From: Nitrospirales bacterium | GTDB lineage: Bacteria; Nitrospirota; Nitrospiria; Nitrospirales; UBA8639 | Assembly: GCA_965223295.1 (NCBI GenBank) | Contig: CBDCWC010000002.1 | Location: 1,120,001-1,184,000, forward strand | Direction: 5' to 3' | DNA length: 64,000 nt | In this document: positions 1 to 9,539 of the stretch, piece after piece | How the letters are laid out: each line of letters begins with the position of its first letter | Numbering within the stretch: the stretch's first letter is position 1 | Translations under genes and position numbers: made by a program | Notes under the pieces: model-generated | Seen by the model: the letters and a program-made list of their open reading frames with translations, nothing else | Databases searched by the model: none | Told to the model about the DNA's origin: nothing

Positions 1-398
1 GGATTACCACATATCCAAGAGACTCGTTCTCCCCACCCCTCTAAAGATCGAACCGTCAAGGCATCTACCAGCTCTGACAGATTGGGAACCACCACGATGA
101 TGACTGAATCTTGAGATAACATCGCACGCAACGCTTCCACCTGATACAACAAACCCACGCCCAAAATGACCAATGTTTCTCCTGACTGACAATCATTTCT
201 CTGAGCCTCAGCCCATCGTTCTGCTTCGCGCAAAGGATCATAAGCACTGTGAATCTGTCGTCCAGAAACCACGGCCGTAGGCATCCCATTTTTTGCTGGA
301 TTGATAGACAGCACCCCGCCCCCGACCTCTTGAAGCTTGGCAACCAACTCTGGATCATGTTTTTTGAGAATTTCTAGATTTTTTTCTAACAACGTCAT
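1..398 (-). CDS. Motility accessory factor (Maf/DUF115-type) flagellin glycosyltransferase, N-terminal part; runs off the window edge
   Basis: Not in ORF track. Manual translation from ATG 398 (RBS GAGGTG): MTLLEKNLEILKKHDPELVAKL...IHSAYDPLREAERWA...LVILGVGLLYQVEAL, open to the edge; HSxYDPxxEA and GxGLxY are typical of the Maf N-terminus. Confidence 0.75.
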   Translation of the reverse strand, partial: MTLLEKNLEILKKHDPELVAKLQEVGGGVLSINPAKNGMPTAVVSGRQIHSAYDPLREAERWAEAQRNDCQSGETLVILGVGLLYQVEALRAMLSQDSVIIVVVPNLSELVDALTVRSLEGWGERVSWICGN

Positions 399-552
399 AT
401 CACCTCAGATCGGACTACCTGACTATTCCCTTATCTAGTGCGAAATACAGGAAGAACATGAGACATTACTTTTCGCTAGCCTCTCATTCAAATGTAGCCT
501 GGACAGCTCGCATTGAAACTCACGGTCCTTTCACAATAAACAAATAAAAGGG

Positions 553-1614
553 TTACGCCTGTTGCAAGTATTTCGGCAGTACTTTGAACTTATCCCGAAT
601 AGTCGACAAATCTCGAAATTGAATGGAATCTTGTGAGACGCATTGCGTATAGGAATCATATAAAGCAGAAATATATTCATAGACCGGAATCAATAAATTG
701 CGTATTTCCTCTAACTTTGCTTTCCGTTTCTGAATCTTCTCGTGAGCATCCCCTGCGAGAAGATCGGAAAGAATGGCTTGCGCACGATGAACATACGTGT
801 GCTTGTCTAACACTCTTTTTTGTCCAGCCAGAGCAATCGCCTCTCTTTCCTGATCATGGCTTGCGTAATAGTTCGCAAGTTCAATCACCTGATCTACATT
901 CCCCTTTTCATAGAGAACGCAATGAACCCTATCCTGAAATAACTCTTGTAACCCGTTACCCACATGCTCCATCAATAAAAGACTGCCACAAGCCATTGCC
1001 TCAAATGTGCGAAAATTCACATCATTTCCAGCACATTGGTTTAAGACCATTTTCGATTTCGTAAAAATGGAGACAAATTCTCCGCTGGCCACATGCAGGG
1101 GATACCGCGCTTGGATGTCTGAAATGAACGCCCGACGATCTGGATTGAACGGTGAATCCAGTTTCCCCACAAAGCTCAAATCATAACGTTTAGGAAAACG
1201 GTGTTCTATCTGGACAAAAGGGAACGTACAGAGCGGAAGCCACTTGACGCTTTGCCTTTCTGAATCACGTTGGTACATGGGTACATAATCTCGCTGCGCC
1301 ACAAAGATGCAGTCAAAGATTGCGGCATAGGCCCGATGCCAACCGTGGTGAATGTGAGAATCTATGGCATACCACCCAAGGGGTAACTCGACTTCTTCTA
1401 GACCACAGAACATGGCGTAGGTGCTATCATCCGTTAACAACAGACAATCTGGGTTCCAACCTAAAGGGAGTTGCTGCAGGACAGACTGAATCGAAGTAGG
1501 AAACTCCTGAATCTCAACATCCCCAGTCCCATCGGTGGTACAAGTCACGACAGAATGACCCAATTCCTTAAACCCTGAGTCTAAGACCAAAGCACCCAGC
1601 AACAAAATATTCAT
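553..1614 (-). CDS. Glycosyltransferase, CgeB/Glyco_trans_1_2-like
   Basis: YDLSFVG, VNFRTFEAMACG and HTYVHRA motifs. Confidence 0.8.
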   Translation of the reverse strand: MNILLLGALVLDSGFKELGHSVVTCTTDGTGDVEIQEFPTSIQSVLQQLPLGWNPDCLLLTDDSTYAMFCGLEEVELPLGWYAIDSHIHHGWHRAYAAIFDCIFVAQRDYVPMYQRDSERQSVKWLPLCTFPFVQIEHRFPKRYDLSFVGKLDSPFNPDRRAFISDIQARYPLHVASGEFVSIFTKSKMVLNQCAGNDVNFRTFEAMACGSLLLMEHVGNGLQELFQDRVHCVLYEKGNVDQVIELANYYASHDQEREAIALAGQKRVLDKHTYVHRAQAILSDLLAGDAHEKIQKRKAKLEEIRNLLIPVYEYISALYDSYTQCVSQDSIQFRDLSTIRDKFKVLPKYLQQA

Positions 1615-1659
1615 GAGGTTCTCACTTCACCTAATAGAAAATCCAAGAATCACCTCTTC

Positions 1660-2925
1660 TTAAACTTGTGTGCTCATATTTGAACTGGAGAGCCCCAACA
1701 CTTTCATGGGGGAATTCCAATCTCTCACCGTCTCATCTGCGAGCTGCCGCCAAACACGTTCACGGCCTTCACTCGAACGAACCGGATTGTCTCTTTCAGA
1801 ATAAAACACACCAAGATGATCCCGATGACTGTTCCACAAACTCCACCCTTCAGTAATCGTTCGACAATTTCCCTCTGCAAGCAACTCCACACTTCCCTTT
1901 ATTGGCCAATGTTTTGGCTCAATTCCTGAAGTATCTTCTTTGATCTCACCTGACGCTTTTTGATGTCGTTCGGCTTGCCATACCCAATGTCCTTTTCCAT
2001 AAGGACCGGTTTCATGAACGCGCGCACGAGAAAAATACCAACCGATGGCCTGGGCCCCACACATCACGCCAAGATGCAATGGGCCAGTATCTGATCCCAC
2101 CACCCATTGACAGTGATTCAAGAGAGAGACAAGTTGTGGCAGATTTGTCCGACCACAACAATTAAGCACCTGATTCCTCATGTGATCAGGAAGGTTCTGC
2201 TCTAGAACCAAAGATGCCTCACGTTCTCCAGATCCCCCAATTAAGAGCAGCCGACAATTCGGCAGACGTTCCGTAGAAGATCGAATCAACTCTTCCCATA
2301 CAGAAAGAGGAACCCTGCGATCGGCATCTCCAGCTCCAAGCACAATTCCTACTTGTACAACAGAGACATCCTTCACGACACATTCAAGATCCCGAGGCAA
2401 CACTGCCCCTCTGGCATCAAGTATCGGGATACCATCTGGCGGCATTACCCCACATATCCCACAAAACGCATCGGCTAAATGAATGCGGTTGTCCCCACGC
2501 TTATGAGCCACTTGCCGTAGATACGCCACCCATGGGGGAAGACTCGGGTGTAACGGCCCCTTCTCCCCTGCTCCAATCACTTGTCCGCCTAACAGATGAG
2601 ACGCCAAAATACTTCGAGTATGATTATTCAAATTATAGGCCACAGAATAATCAGGGTAGGCGCAATCGTCTAGGTACTCGAAAGCAGCCTGAATGGGTAG
2701 TTTCCCTGCTGAACTGGGCATGGAACTCAACCTATGCCACAACTCCCCTTTCCAGGAGTAAACCCTCTGAATATCAAGAAAAAGTTTCCCTAACGGAACC
2801 AACGGTTCCGCACACAAGAGATCTATTGCTTGATGTGGGTAATGAGTATGAAGAGACGAAATAACCGGTATGGACTGGATGAGATCACCCAGTCGCGCGA
2901 GTTGAATGAGAAGAGTTCGAGACAT
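1660..2925 (-). CDS. GT9 (heptosyltransferase-like) glycosyltransferase
   Basis: RLGDLIQ near the N-terminus and DTGPLHL motif. Confidence 0.85.
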   Translation of the reverse strand: MSRTLLIQLARLGDLIQSIPVISSLHTHYPHQAIDLLCAEPLVPLGKLFLDIQRVYSWKGELWHRLSSMPSSAGKLPIQAAFEYLDDCAYPDYSVAYNLNNHTRSILASHLLGGQVIGAGEKGPLHPSLPPWVAYLRQVAHKRGDNRIHLADAFCGICGVMPPDGIPILDARGAVLPRDLECVVKDVSVVQVGIVLGAGDADRRVPLSVWEELIRSSTERLPNCRLLLIGGSGEREASLVLEQNLPDHMRNQVLNCCGRTNLPQLVSLLNHCQWVVGSDTGPLHLGVMCGAQAIGWYFSRARVHETGPYGKGHWVWQAERHQKASGEIKEDTSGIEPKHWPIKGSVELLAEGNCRTITEGWSLWNSHRDHLGVFYSERDNPVRSSEGRERVWRQLADETVRDWNSPMKVLGLSSSNMSTQV

Positions 2926-2955
2926 CGACTATTATGACTCGGCAATATTTGCCTC

Positions 2956-5436
2956 CTAAAGCGCAGACATTGTTTGCTCTTGGAGCTGGCCATTGTTCAG
3001 AAAATTCGCTAGATCTTCCAATCCTTCGTAGTCCGGTTTGAGAAGTTGAAACCATGAAAGCTGTTCCCTAGCTTTATCGAGATGACCAGCACGAATCGCC
3101 ACTCCAGCCAACGCAAATCGCATATCATAATCAGCCGGATTCCGCTCAATAAATCTAGTCAAATGTTGTGCTAAGGCAGTCCATCGCTGCAACGCCGTCC
3201 CTGCCTGAATCAAACAATCCATGGCTTTAACATCATCTGGATCCACGGAGGCCACTTGTTCAAATCTGTTCCATGCTTCAGCAGTCTCACCAAGTCCCAT
3301 ACAAGCCATTCCCAAACCAATACACGCTTTCATATTCCCCGCATCACAATCCAAAGCCTGCTCAAAAGCATCCTTTGCATCGGAATTTTTCTGCATTTGC
3401 ATAGAAAGAATCCCCTGCAATACCCAACCTTCAGTTCCTAGAGAAAAATACTGTTTCAATCTGCCAAGATGATTTTGAGCCTCGCCAAAATTCCCATTCT
3501 TCATTTCTGCACGTGCTAATCCTAATCTTGCAGTCGGATGATCACCAACAGTAAGCAATTTCTCCCAGCATTGGATGGCCTCCTCCTCACAATGCAACAC
3601 ATCACAGGCTTCTCCCAGCCACACAAGAATTCCAATGTTAGATGTCCAGGCCTCGATATCACGCAATAACTTTCGAATATTTTTGTCATTAGTCATTTCT
3701 GCCAGTGGCAGGCGTTGCTGCCGAAATAACAACTGCTGTAATTCCACAACTTGTTGCCAAGAGCCAAGATCAGCTACATCAGTTTTTGAAATCATCCTCA
3801 TCTTGAGTTGCTCACCCTTAAAGTAGTATTGAATGATAAGTCCATTCTGATCTGCGATAATATCCTCATCAACCAACCATTGATGCTTCCAGCGAGTTTC
3901 CAAACGCAGCGCATTAGAATCATCATGTTTTTTTCTTCCAGGAGATTGGCTTTCTAGATGATAAAGACAGCTCTCAGGTTGATACACAACTTTCTTTCCT
4001 ATTTGACGCACTTTCAAACATAAATCAACGTCTTCAAAACCATTCACAAAACCTTCGTCGAAGCCCCCAATTTTCTCAAAGACGTCCTTTCGTACCAACA
4101 TACATGCAGCCGTCACGGATTGAAATTCTCTCCGAATATTCACCACAGACCAATTCTCTGGAACCCCCCTAAAGATGTGATACGGAAGCTGCGAAAATCT
4201 CGAAAACGCCACTCCAGCATGCTGGATAGTATCATCAGGATACAATAGCTTACTTCCGACCACTGCGACCTCTTTATGGGAGTCCACCTCGTCTACTAGT
4301 GATGCCAACCACCCAGGTCTTGGAATCGTGTCATTATTCAAAAACACAATATACTTCCCTTTGGCGGCCGCAGCCCCTTGATTGCAAGCTTTCGCAAAAC
4401 CAAAGTTTTCAGGGTTAGTGATGACCTGGATATCTCCGCTTAAAGAAGACAGAAAATCAGCCGTCTCATCCGAGGAGTCATTATCTACGACAATCACCTC
4501 ATAGTTCACACGTTCCGTTACCCGTGCCAATTCGATAAGGCATTGCTTAGTTAAGTCAGCTTTATTAAAAACAGGAATGATGATGGAGACCAGAAACGAC
4601 CATCTACAGCGCGCCGCTTCGTGACTCACCTCATCCTGCATTCCCCGCTGCTTAGGGTTCATGCCTTTACTTGTTACATTTGATTTCAGTGATTTCGTCG
4701 CAGGTAATGAAGCAGCATCTGAATTAGAAGACTCGAGAAAGGAAGGACACTTCTCCAATGCATTGACCCTCGATTCAAGCGCCGTGGCCGATTGAATGTT
4801 TCTCCTAACATTATCGATCAAGCTTGGCATGTGAATAACTTCCTGGATCTTTTGAGCTAAATCCTCGATACTCCCTGCTTTAAAAAGCCATCCATTTTTC
4901 CCATCATTGACCAATTCAGAATTTCCCTCAATTGAAGATGCAATAACTGGCACGCCCTCATGGATAACTTCTTGAATGAGGTGAGCGTCATGTTCTTCTC
5001 GCGATGGAATCACAACTATGTGAGTTCTTGAAAGAATTTCGGCAAAACGACTCTTCGAATATTCACCATAAAAAACAACATTCCTTCCTTTTTTGACCCT
5101 TTGCATCGTCTTCCCGAAATAGTTGGGTTCTACCACGGAACCATAGATTCTAAACTCTGCATTCCGAATATCAACATGGTCTAATGCATCAATAAGAAGA
5201 TCCAAACCATCCTTATAAGCGGCAGTACTTAGATACGAAAATACCAGAGGGTTTTGAGACAGTTCTGAAGCTTCACATGAGTTAGGTAAACTGACACCCT
5301 TCTGGGAATGACTGTTTTTGGTTGGGTCTGTAATCTCTGCCCTAGGAACCACCCTCTGATTCGCAGCATCCAATTGATGCTCATTGGCCCCCTCACGCCA
5401 ATCACTATTTAGTCGGCGAACGATGTCTTCTCCCAT
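2956..5436 (-). CDS. Multidomain glycosyltransferase: degenerate GT4 C-terminal half + GT2 + TPR repeats
   Basis: GVPVIAS/ELVNDGKNGWL (GT4 C-domain); SIIIPVFN, VVDNDS, FLNNDT, FEDVDLC (GT2); C-terminal TPR-like helices. Confidence 0.85.
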   Translation of the reverse strand: MGEDIVRRLNSDWREGANEHQLDAANQRVVPRAEITDPTKNSHSQKGVSLPNSCEASELSQNPLVFSYLSTAAYKDGLDLLIDALDHVDIRNAEFRIYGSVVEPNYFGKTMQRVKKGRNVVFYGEYSKSRFAEILSRTHIVVIPSREEHDAHLIQEVIHEGVPVIASSIEGNSELVNDGKNGWLFKAGSIEDLAQKIQEVIHMPSLIDNVRRNIQSATALESRVNALEKCPSFLESSNSDAASLPATKSLKSNVTSKGMNPKQRGMQDEVSHEAARCRWSFLVSIIIPVFNKADLTKQCLIELARVTERVNYEVIVVDNDSSDETADFLSSLSGDIQVITNPENFGFAKACNQGAAAAKGKYIVFLNNDTIPRPGWLASLVDEVDSHKEVAVVGSKLLYPDDTIQHAGVAFSRFSQLPYHIFRGVPENWSVVNIRREFQSVTAACMLVRKDVFEKIGGFDEGFVNGFEDVDLCLKVRQIGKKVVYQPESCLYHLESQSPGRKKHDDSNALRLETRWKHQWLVDEDIIADQNGLIIQYYFKGEQLKMRMISKTDVADLGSWQQVVELQQLLFRQQRLPLAEMTNDKNIRKLLRDIEAWTSNIGILVWLGEACDVLHCEEEAIQCWEKLLTVGDHPTARLGLARAEMKNGNFGEAQNHLGRLKQYFSLGTEGWVLQGILSMQMQKNSDAKDAFEQALDCDAGNMKACIGLGMACMGLGETAEAWNRFEQVASVDPDDVKAMDCLIQAGTALQRWTALAQHLTRFIERNPADYDMRFALAGVAIRAGHLDKAREQLSWFQLLKPDYEGLEDLANFLNNGQLQEQTMSAL

Positions 5437-5799
5437 AGAATGCCCTTTCGAGAAGCCCTCTTAATAATGGAAAAACTTCGTATTTCTCACAAACTAATGC
5501 TGTGCCTTTTTTTGTCAGAAGGTCTGCAGATTGTCTCTCAAATCCCCTTTCGACTATCCGCCGAAAGTCGTTCGTCATAGATTCCTTCATGCAATGCCTG
5601 AGCAACCTTTATGCCAGTAGTAAACATCGGAACCTCACCGAATTCTCCTCCTCCCTCAGACTCATATCCTACCCATCAATGTACGCATGACGAATTCGAG
5701 AAGGCACAAACTCTCTATCTTCATAAAATCTACACCTATAACGTATTGCAAACATTGATCAAAATTTTGAAACTTGAGTTACGAGAGCTGAACAGTCGG

Positions 5800-5815
5800 T
5801 GGTACGGTGTTTGCT
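5800..5815 (+). promoter_or_regulatory. Putative sigma54 -24/-12 promoter
   Basis: TGGTACGGTGTTTGCT = GG-N10-GC, about 190 bp upstream of the plus-strand island. Confidence 0.55.
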
Positions 5816-6008
5816 TAGTAAGATGGAATTCCCAATTCCTCTGCAAATGAAATCCTCCAAATTGGGAGATTCAGAGGGTTAAAATTACCCTTTGCCAACA
5901 AACATCTAGAACTATTTTTCCGCTTTTGATGAAGAGACGAAAGAGATTTGAAGGAGGCGTTGCCTAGGTCATCCTTGAGGTAAGGCCTCTCGACTATCTG
6001 AAGAAAGA

Positions 6009-8279
6009 ATGGCTCGGAAGGACAGAATGGATAAGTACATAATCTACCAATCGGACACCGCGAATGCTCCTGATGAATTGGAATTTTGCCAGAAATATGT
6101 CGAGCTGAATCGAGGTGAAATCGTTCAAATATACCACGATGATCAGTACCTCACTCAATTAAAGCGGTTAATCAGGGAGATCAATGAAAACACCTTAGGG
6201 CGGGTTCACGATTTTTTGTCTTATTCTCGAATGAGGATACCGACTGAACAAGATATTCAGCACATCCTTCATTCCCTGTTTCTCAGTAAGAATATGCATA
6301 TTACGTATTTGCAACAGAATTTGTCCTCGAGAAACTCTTCTGGACAGTTGGCCTTCTTGTCAGAGTATTACGGCAAACTCTACGATCAAGGGCATCTTAA
6401 TTATTTCGAATTTGTCGGATCTGTTTCCCAACAGGCTACAAAAATTTATAATACCGTTACCAAAAATAAGTATTGTGAATGCAGCATTTGTGGATGGAAA
6501 GGAATGCGCTTCAATCCAGCATATTATAAAGATGGGTTTGTGGAAAATATTATCTGCGTAAACTGTGATAGTTGGGGAAGACACCGGCGCGCGTGGGGAT
6601 TGTTACATGATGGAGGGTATTTAAAAGAGAACATGAAGATACTCGATACAGCCCCCATGAAAATGCTTTCGCAAAAGATTCAACAATGTCATGTGCATTA
6701 CACATCCATCGATATCGAGATCGACAGGAGTCCAACCATCCAAGGAGATCTGACAAAGATTCCCTTCAAAGAAAACTCTTTCGACCTAGTCCTTTCCATG
6801 CAGGTACTCGAACATATCATGGATGATAAAACGGCGCTGCGAAACCTCATTGCCGTAACAAAAGACACCGGCACACTCATTATTTCCGTACCATTTAAAA
6901 AAACTCCAGGAAGCGTCACCCGCGAATACGGCGCGCCCAATTGGGAAGAGTTTGGTCACGTGAGAGAGTATGGAATGGATGTCGTAGAAAGATTTCAAAA
7001 CGAAGGCCTTCATATCGAAGAATTTGTATGGGGTCAAGATAAGAACAAATTAGCATTACTTCAGTTGGGAATAGACCCTACAGAAAAAGAGGTATTCTTT
7101 ATTTGCAAAAAACTTTCATCAGGCAAAGCAATACATGAAGGGCCTCGCAAAACAACATTCCCAGCATACAGCAATCAACACGTCACTGAAAGTCATCACC
7201 TGACATATGCAGGACAGAATGGCGACTTCAGCTCAAGTGCGCACAAACCTCAAAAAATTTTTACGGTCATTATCCCTACTTACAATAGAATAGAAACTCT
7301 TCAAAAAACACTGCGCGCCTACAACAACCAGACTGTTTCCCCAGATGTCTTTGAAGTTCTAATTATTGATGATGGATCCACAGATCGCACGCAGGAGGTT
7401 ATAAGTCGATTAAGAAATGAATTGCATTACACTCTGCATTACCACCACCAAACCAACCAAGGTCCAGGGAAGGCAAGAAACTGGGGTATTAAAAACACAA
7501 CGACCGAGTATATCTTTCTCACGGGAGATGACATCATTCCAGATCAGAATATGATTTGGGAACATTGCAAAAGCCATATATCTGATCCAAGAGAAGATTT
7601 GGCCGTCCTGGGTCATATTGACTGGCCACCGGAGATGCCCATGAATCCTCTGATGTATTTTCTAACAAAATATACAGGAATGCAGTTTGGGTTCAATCAA
7701 ATCCAAGATCCGGAGAACGCAGGCTTTGAGTTTTTTTATACTTCCAATATTTCTCTGAAAACCAGCTTCTTAAAACAGAACGAATTATTCAACCCGAAAT
7801 TTGTACATGCCGCTTATGAAGACATCGAACTCGGTTATCGGTTGCAAAACCAGGGTATGAAAATAAAATACAATAAACGTGCATTAGGGAACCATGATCA
7901 CGCTATGACCTTTGATTCTGTTTGCCGACGACAACACAAATGCGGACAAATGGCAGTCGTGCTCTGTCAATTGCACCCTGAATTGCAAGTGATCGTTGGA
8001 AACATTGATTTAACTTATAACGAAACACAGCATCGCCAGCTTTCGCAACAAATAGAAGAATTAGGCGTTAAGTTAAACACCACAGACATCAAAGAACTCA
8101 TGCAGCAAGAACAGTCCAGTTTTTCAGATGCACATAAGAAAAATCTATATGAAATCTTTTCATTTGCATTTGCACTGCACTTTCGTTTAGGCACACAAGA
8201 TTATCTACAAAAAACTTTATACTCCAGCCAAAAAGTAGGTCAAAGCTATGACTGCCCCCCCAAACATCTTGGCGACTAG
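6009..8279 (+). CDS. Fusion: resolvase-like N-terminus + Cys-rich motif + SAM-dependent methyltransferase + GT2
   Basis: CSIC...CVNCDSWGRHR; GDLTKIPFKENSFDLVLSMQVLEHI; VIIPTYNR, IDDGSTD, TGDD, YEDIELGYRL. Confidence 0.8.
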   Translation: MARKDRMDKYIIYQSDTANAPDELEFCQKYVELNRGEIVQIYHDDQYLTQLKRLIREINENTLGRVHDFLSYSRMRIPTEQDIQHILHSLFLSKNMHITYLQQNLSSRNSSGQLAFLSEYYGKLYDQGHLNYFEFVGSVSQQATKIYNTVTKNKYCECSICGWKGMRFNPAYYKDGFVENIICVNCDSWGRHRRAWGLLHDGGYLKENMKILDTAPMKMLSQKIQQCHVHYTSIDIEIDRSPTIQGDLTKIPFKENSFDLVLSMQVLEHIMDDKTALRNLIAVTKDTGTLIISVPFKKTPGSVTREYGAPNWEEFGHVREYGMDVVERFQNEGLHIEEFVWGQDKNKLALLQLGIDPTEKEVFFICKKLSSGKAIHEGPRKTTFPAYSNQHVTESHHLTYAGQNGDFSSSAHKPQKIFTVIIPTYNRIETLQKTLRAYNNQTVSPDVFEVLIIDDGSTDRTQEVISRLRNELHYTLHYHHQTNQGPGKARNWGIKNTTTEYIFLTGDDIIPDQNMIWEHCKSHISDPREDLAVLGHIDWPPEMPMNPLMYFLTKYTGMQFGFNQIQDPENAGFEFFYTSNISLKTSFLKQNELFNPKFVHAAYEDIELGYRLQNQGMKIKYNKRALGNHDHAMTFDSVCRRQHKCGQMAVVLCQLHPELQVIVGNIDLTYNETQHRQLSQQIEELGVKLNTTDIKELMQQEQSSFSDAHKKNLYEIFSFAFALHFRLGTQDYLQKTLYSSQKVGQSYDCPPKHLGD

Positions 8280-8389
8280 CCTATGCCAGATAGCACTGGT
8301 CTAAACCCGAAAGCAGAGGATGGTTTCTCTAACTAAAAATACACGCTCTCATTCCTTATCATGAGAAATTTTCTAAGAACACCAAGAAA

Positions 8390-9532
8390 TTGGCAAACGA
8401 CACGACCTTTTACATTTCTACGAAGATGAGCATACTCACGACGGTAATAGTCAACAGAATTTCTGAAACTATCTTCGCCAACCTGAAAGTTGTCCTAAGA
8501 AACTATCCAGGCGAATGTTTCAAAATCCTGACGACATTTCCAGGCACTGCCACATTCCTCAATCAACAGGGTTACTCCTGCGAAGTAATTCAATTGCACC
8601 GTCATCAAGACAGGATTGAATCCATGAATAGATTGGGGTTGATCGCAAGTGGAGATATGTTTCGAGACTTCAAAGTCCCAGGCTCAGAATTACTGGCGTG
8701 GAAACCTCTTATGCACGACCGTTTTTGGCAATTTACGGACTTTGAAACATTTGATGCAATCCACAAATTGGTAGATTTATTAAATACCCGAATACTGATT
8801 ACTCCCATCGATATTCATGACCCTCTAAGTCAATACATGACGAGACAAGCCAACAAGAAAGGTGTCTCCACCATTGGGTATCAAACAACACAATTGAGAA
8901 CAAAAGAAAACCTCGATGCCTATTTAGCCTTTAACGAATATTGGGTATCTACCCAACAGGACAAAGTCTTTCTGTCCATTCACAAAGGTATCCTCGAAGA
9001 GCACATTCATCTCCTCCCCCATTACTATTTCCAGCCTGCGAGGGAATACGCGAAATCCTCGCGTCATATCGAGAGAAAAACTATCAAGGAACAATTGGGA
9101 TTGCCTATAGATAAAAAAATACTCCTTATTCTCTTCTCAATTAGGCACATCTGGGAATCCCGCAAACTATTCGCACACCTTCAAAAACTCAAAGACTCTT
9201 CACAGCAAGACAGTGCTCAATTCAAAATTCTCATTTTTCTTGAGACACAAAAAGACACCGATGAATTTCCAGCTCTGTTTAAAAAAGAGATCCAATCTCT
9301 CGAACTTGAAACGTTATCCCCTGCAGCAAATCTCTTTGAGTATGCAAGAGCTGCGGATACTTTCTTTGCCTTCCGATTTCTAGAGTACCTCGATGAAGTT
9401 GCTCTGCTTGCGGGTCAAACAGTGATCTATGACCCCTATTATTTCAATCGAAATCATTTATTGATTAGTGACTCCCCGTCTATCTCGTTGGATAATTCCA
9501 AACATTCTCCTGATTACTTTGCTGTAGCCTAA
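8390..9532 (+). CDS. Hypothetical protein, probable divergent GT-B fold
   Basis: 380-aa ORF; segments GVSTIGYQ and KEQLGLPIDKKILLI parallel the next gene. Confidence 0.55.
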   Translation: MANDTTFYISTKMSILTTVIVNRISETIFANLKVVLRNYPGECFKILTTFPGTATFLNQQGYSCEVIQLHRHQDRIESMNRLGLIASGDMFRDFKVPGSELLAWKPLMHDRFWQFTDFETFDAIHKLVDLLNTRILITPIDIHDPLSQYMTRQANKKGVSTIGYQTTQLRTKENLDAYLAFNEYWVSTQQDKVFLSIHKGILEEHIHLLPHYYFQPAREYAKSSRHIERKTIKEQLGLPIDKKILLILFSIRHIWESRKLFAHLQKLKDSSQQDSAQFKILIFLETQKDTDEFPALFKKEIQSLELETLSPAANLFEYARAADTFFAFRFLEYLDEVALLAGQTVIYDPYYFNRNHLLISDSPSISLDNSKHSPDYFAVA

Positions 9533-9539
9533 AAAACAA

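Noticed and set aside
5405-5850. Short ORFs that might be the missing GT4 N-terminus
   Set aside because: Their translations show no GT4-like motifs; the region looks like a divergent promoter spacer.
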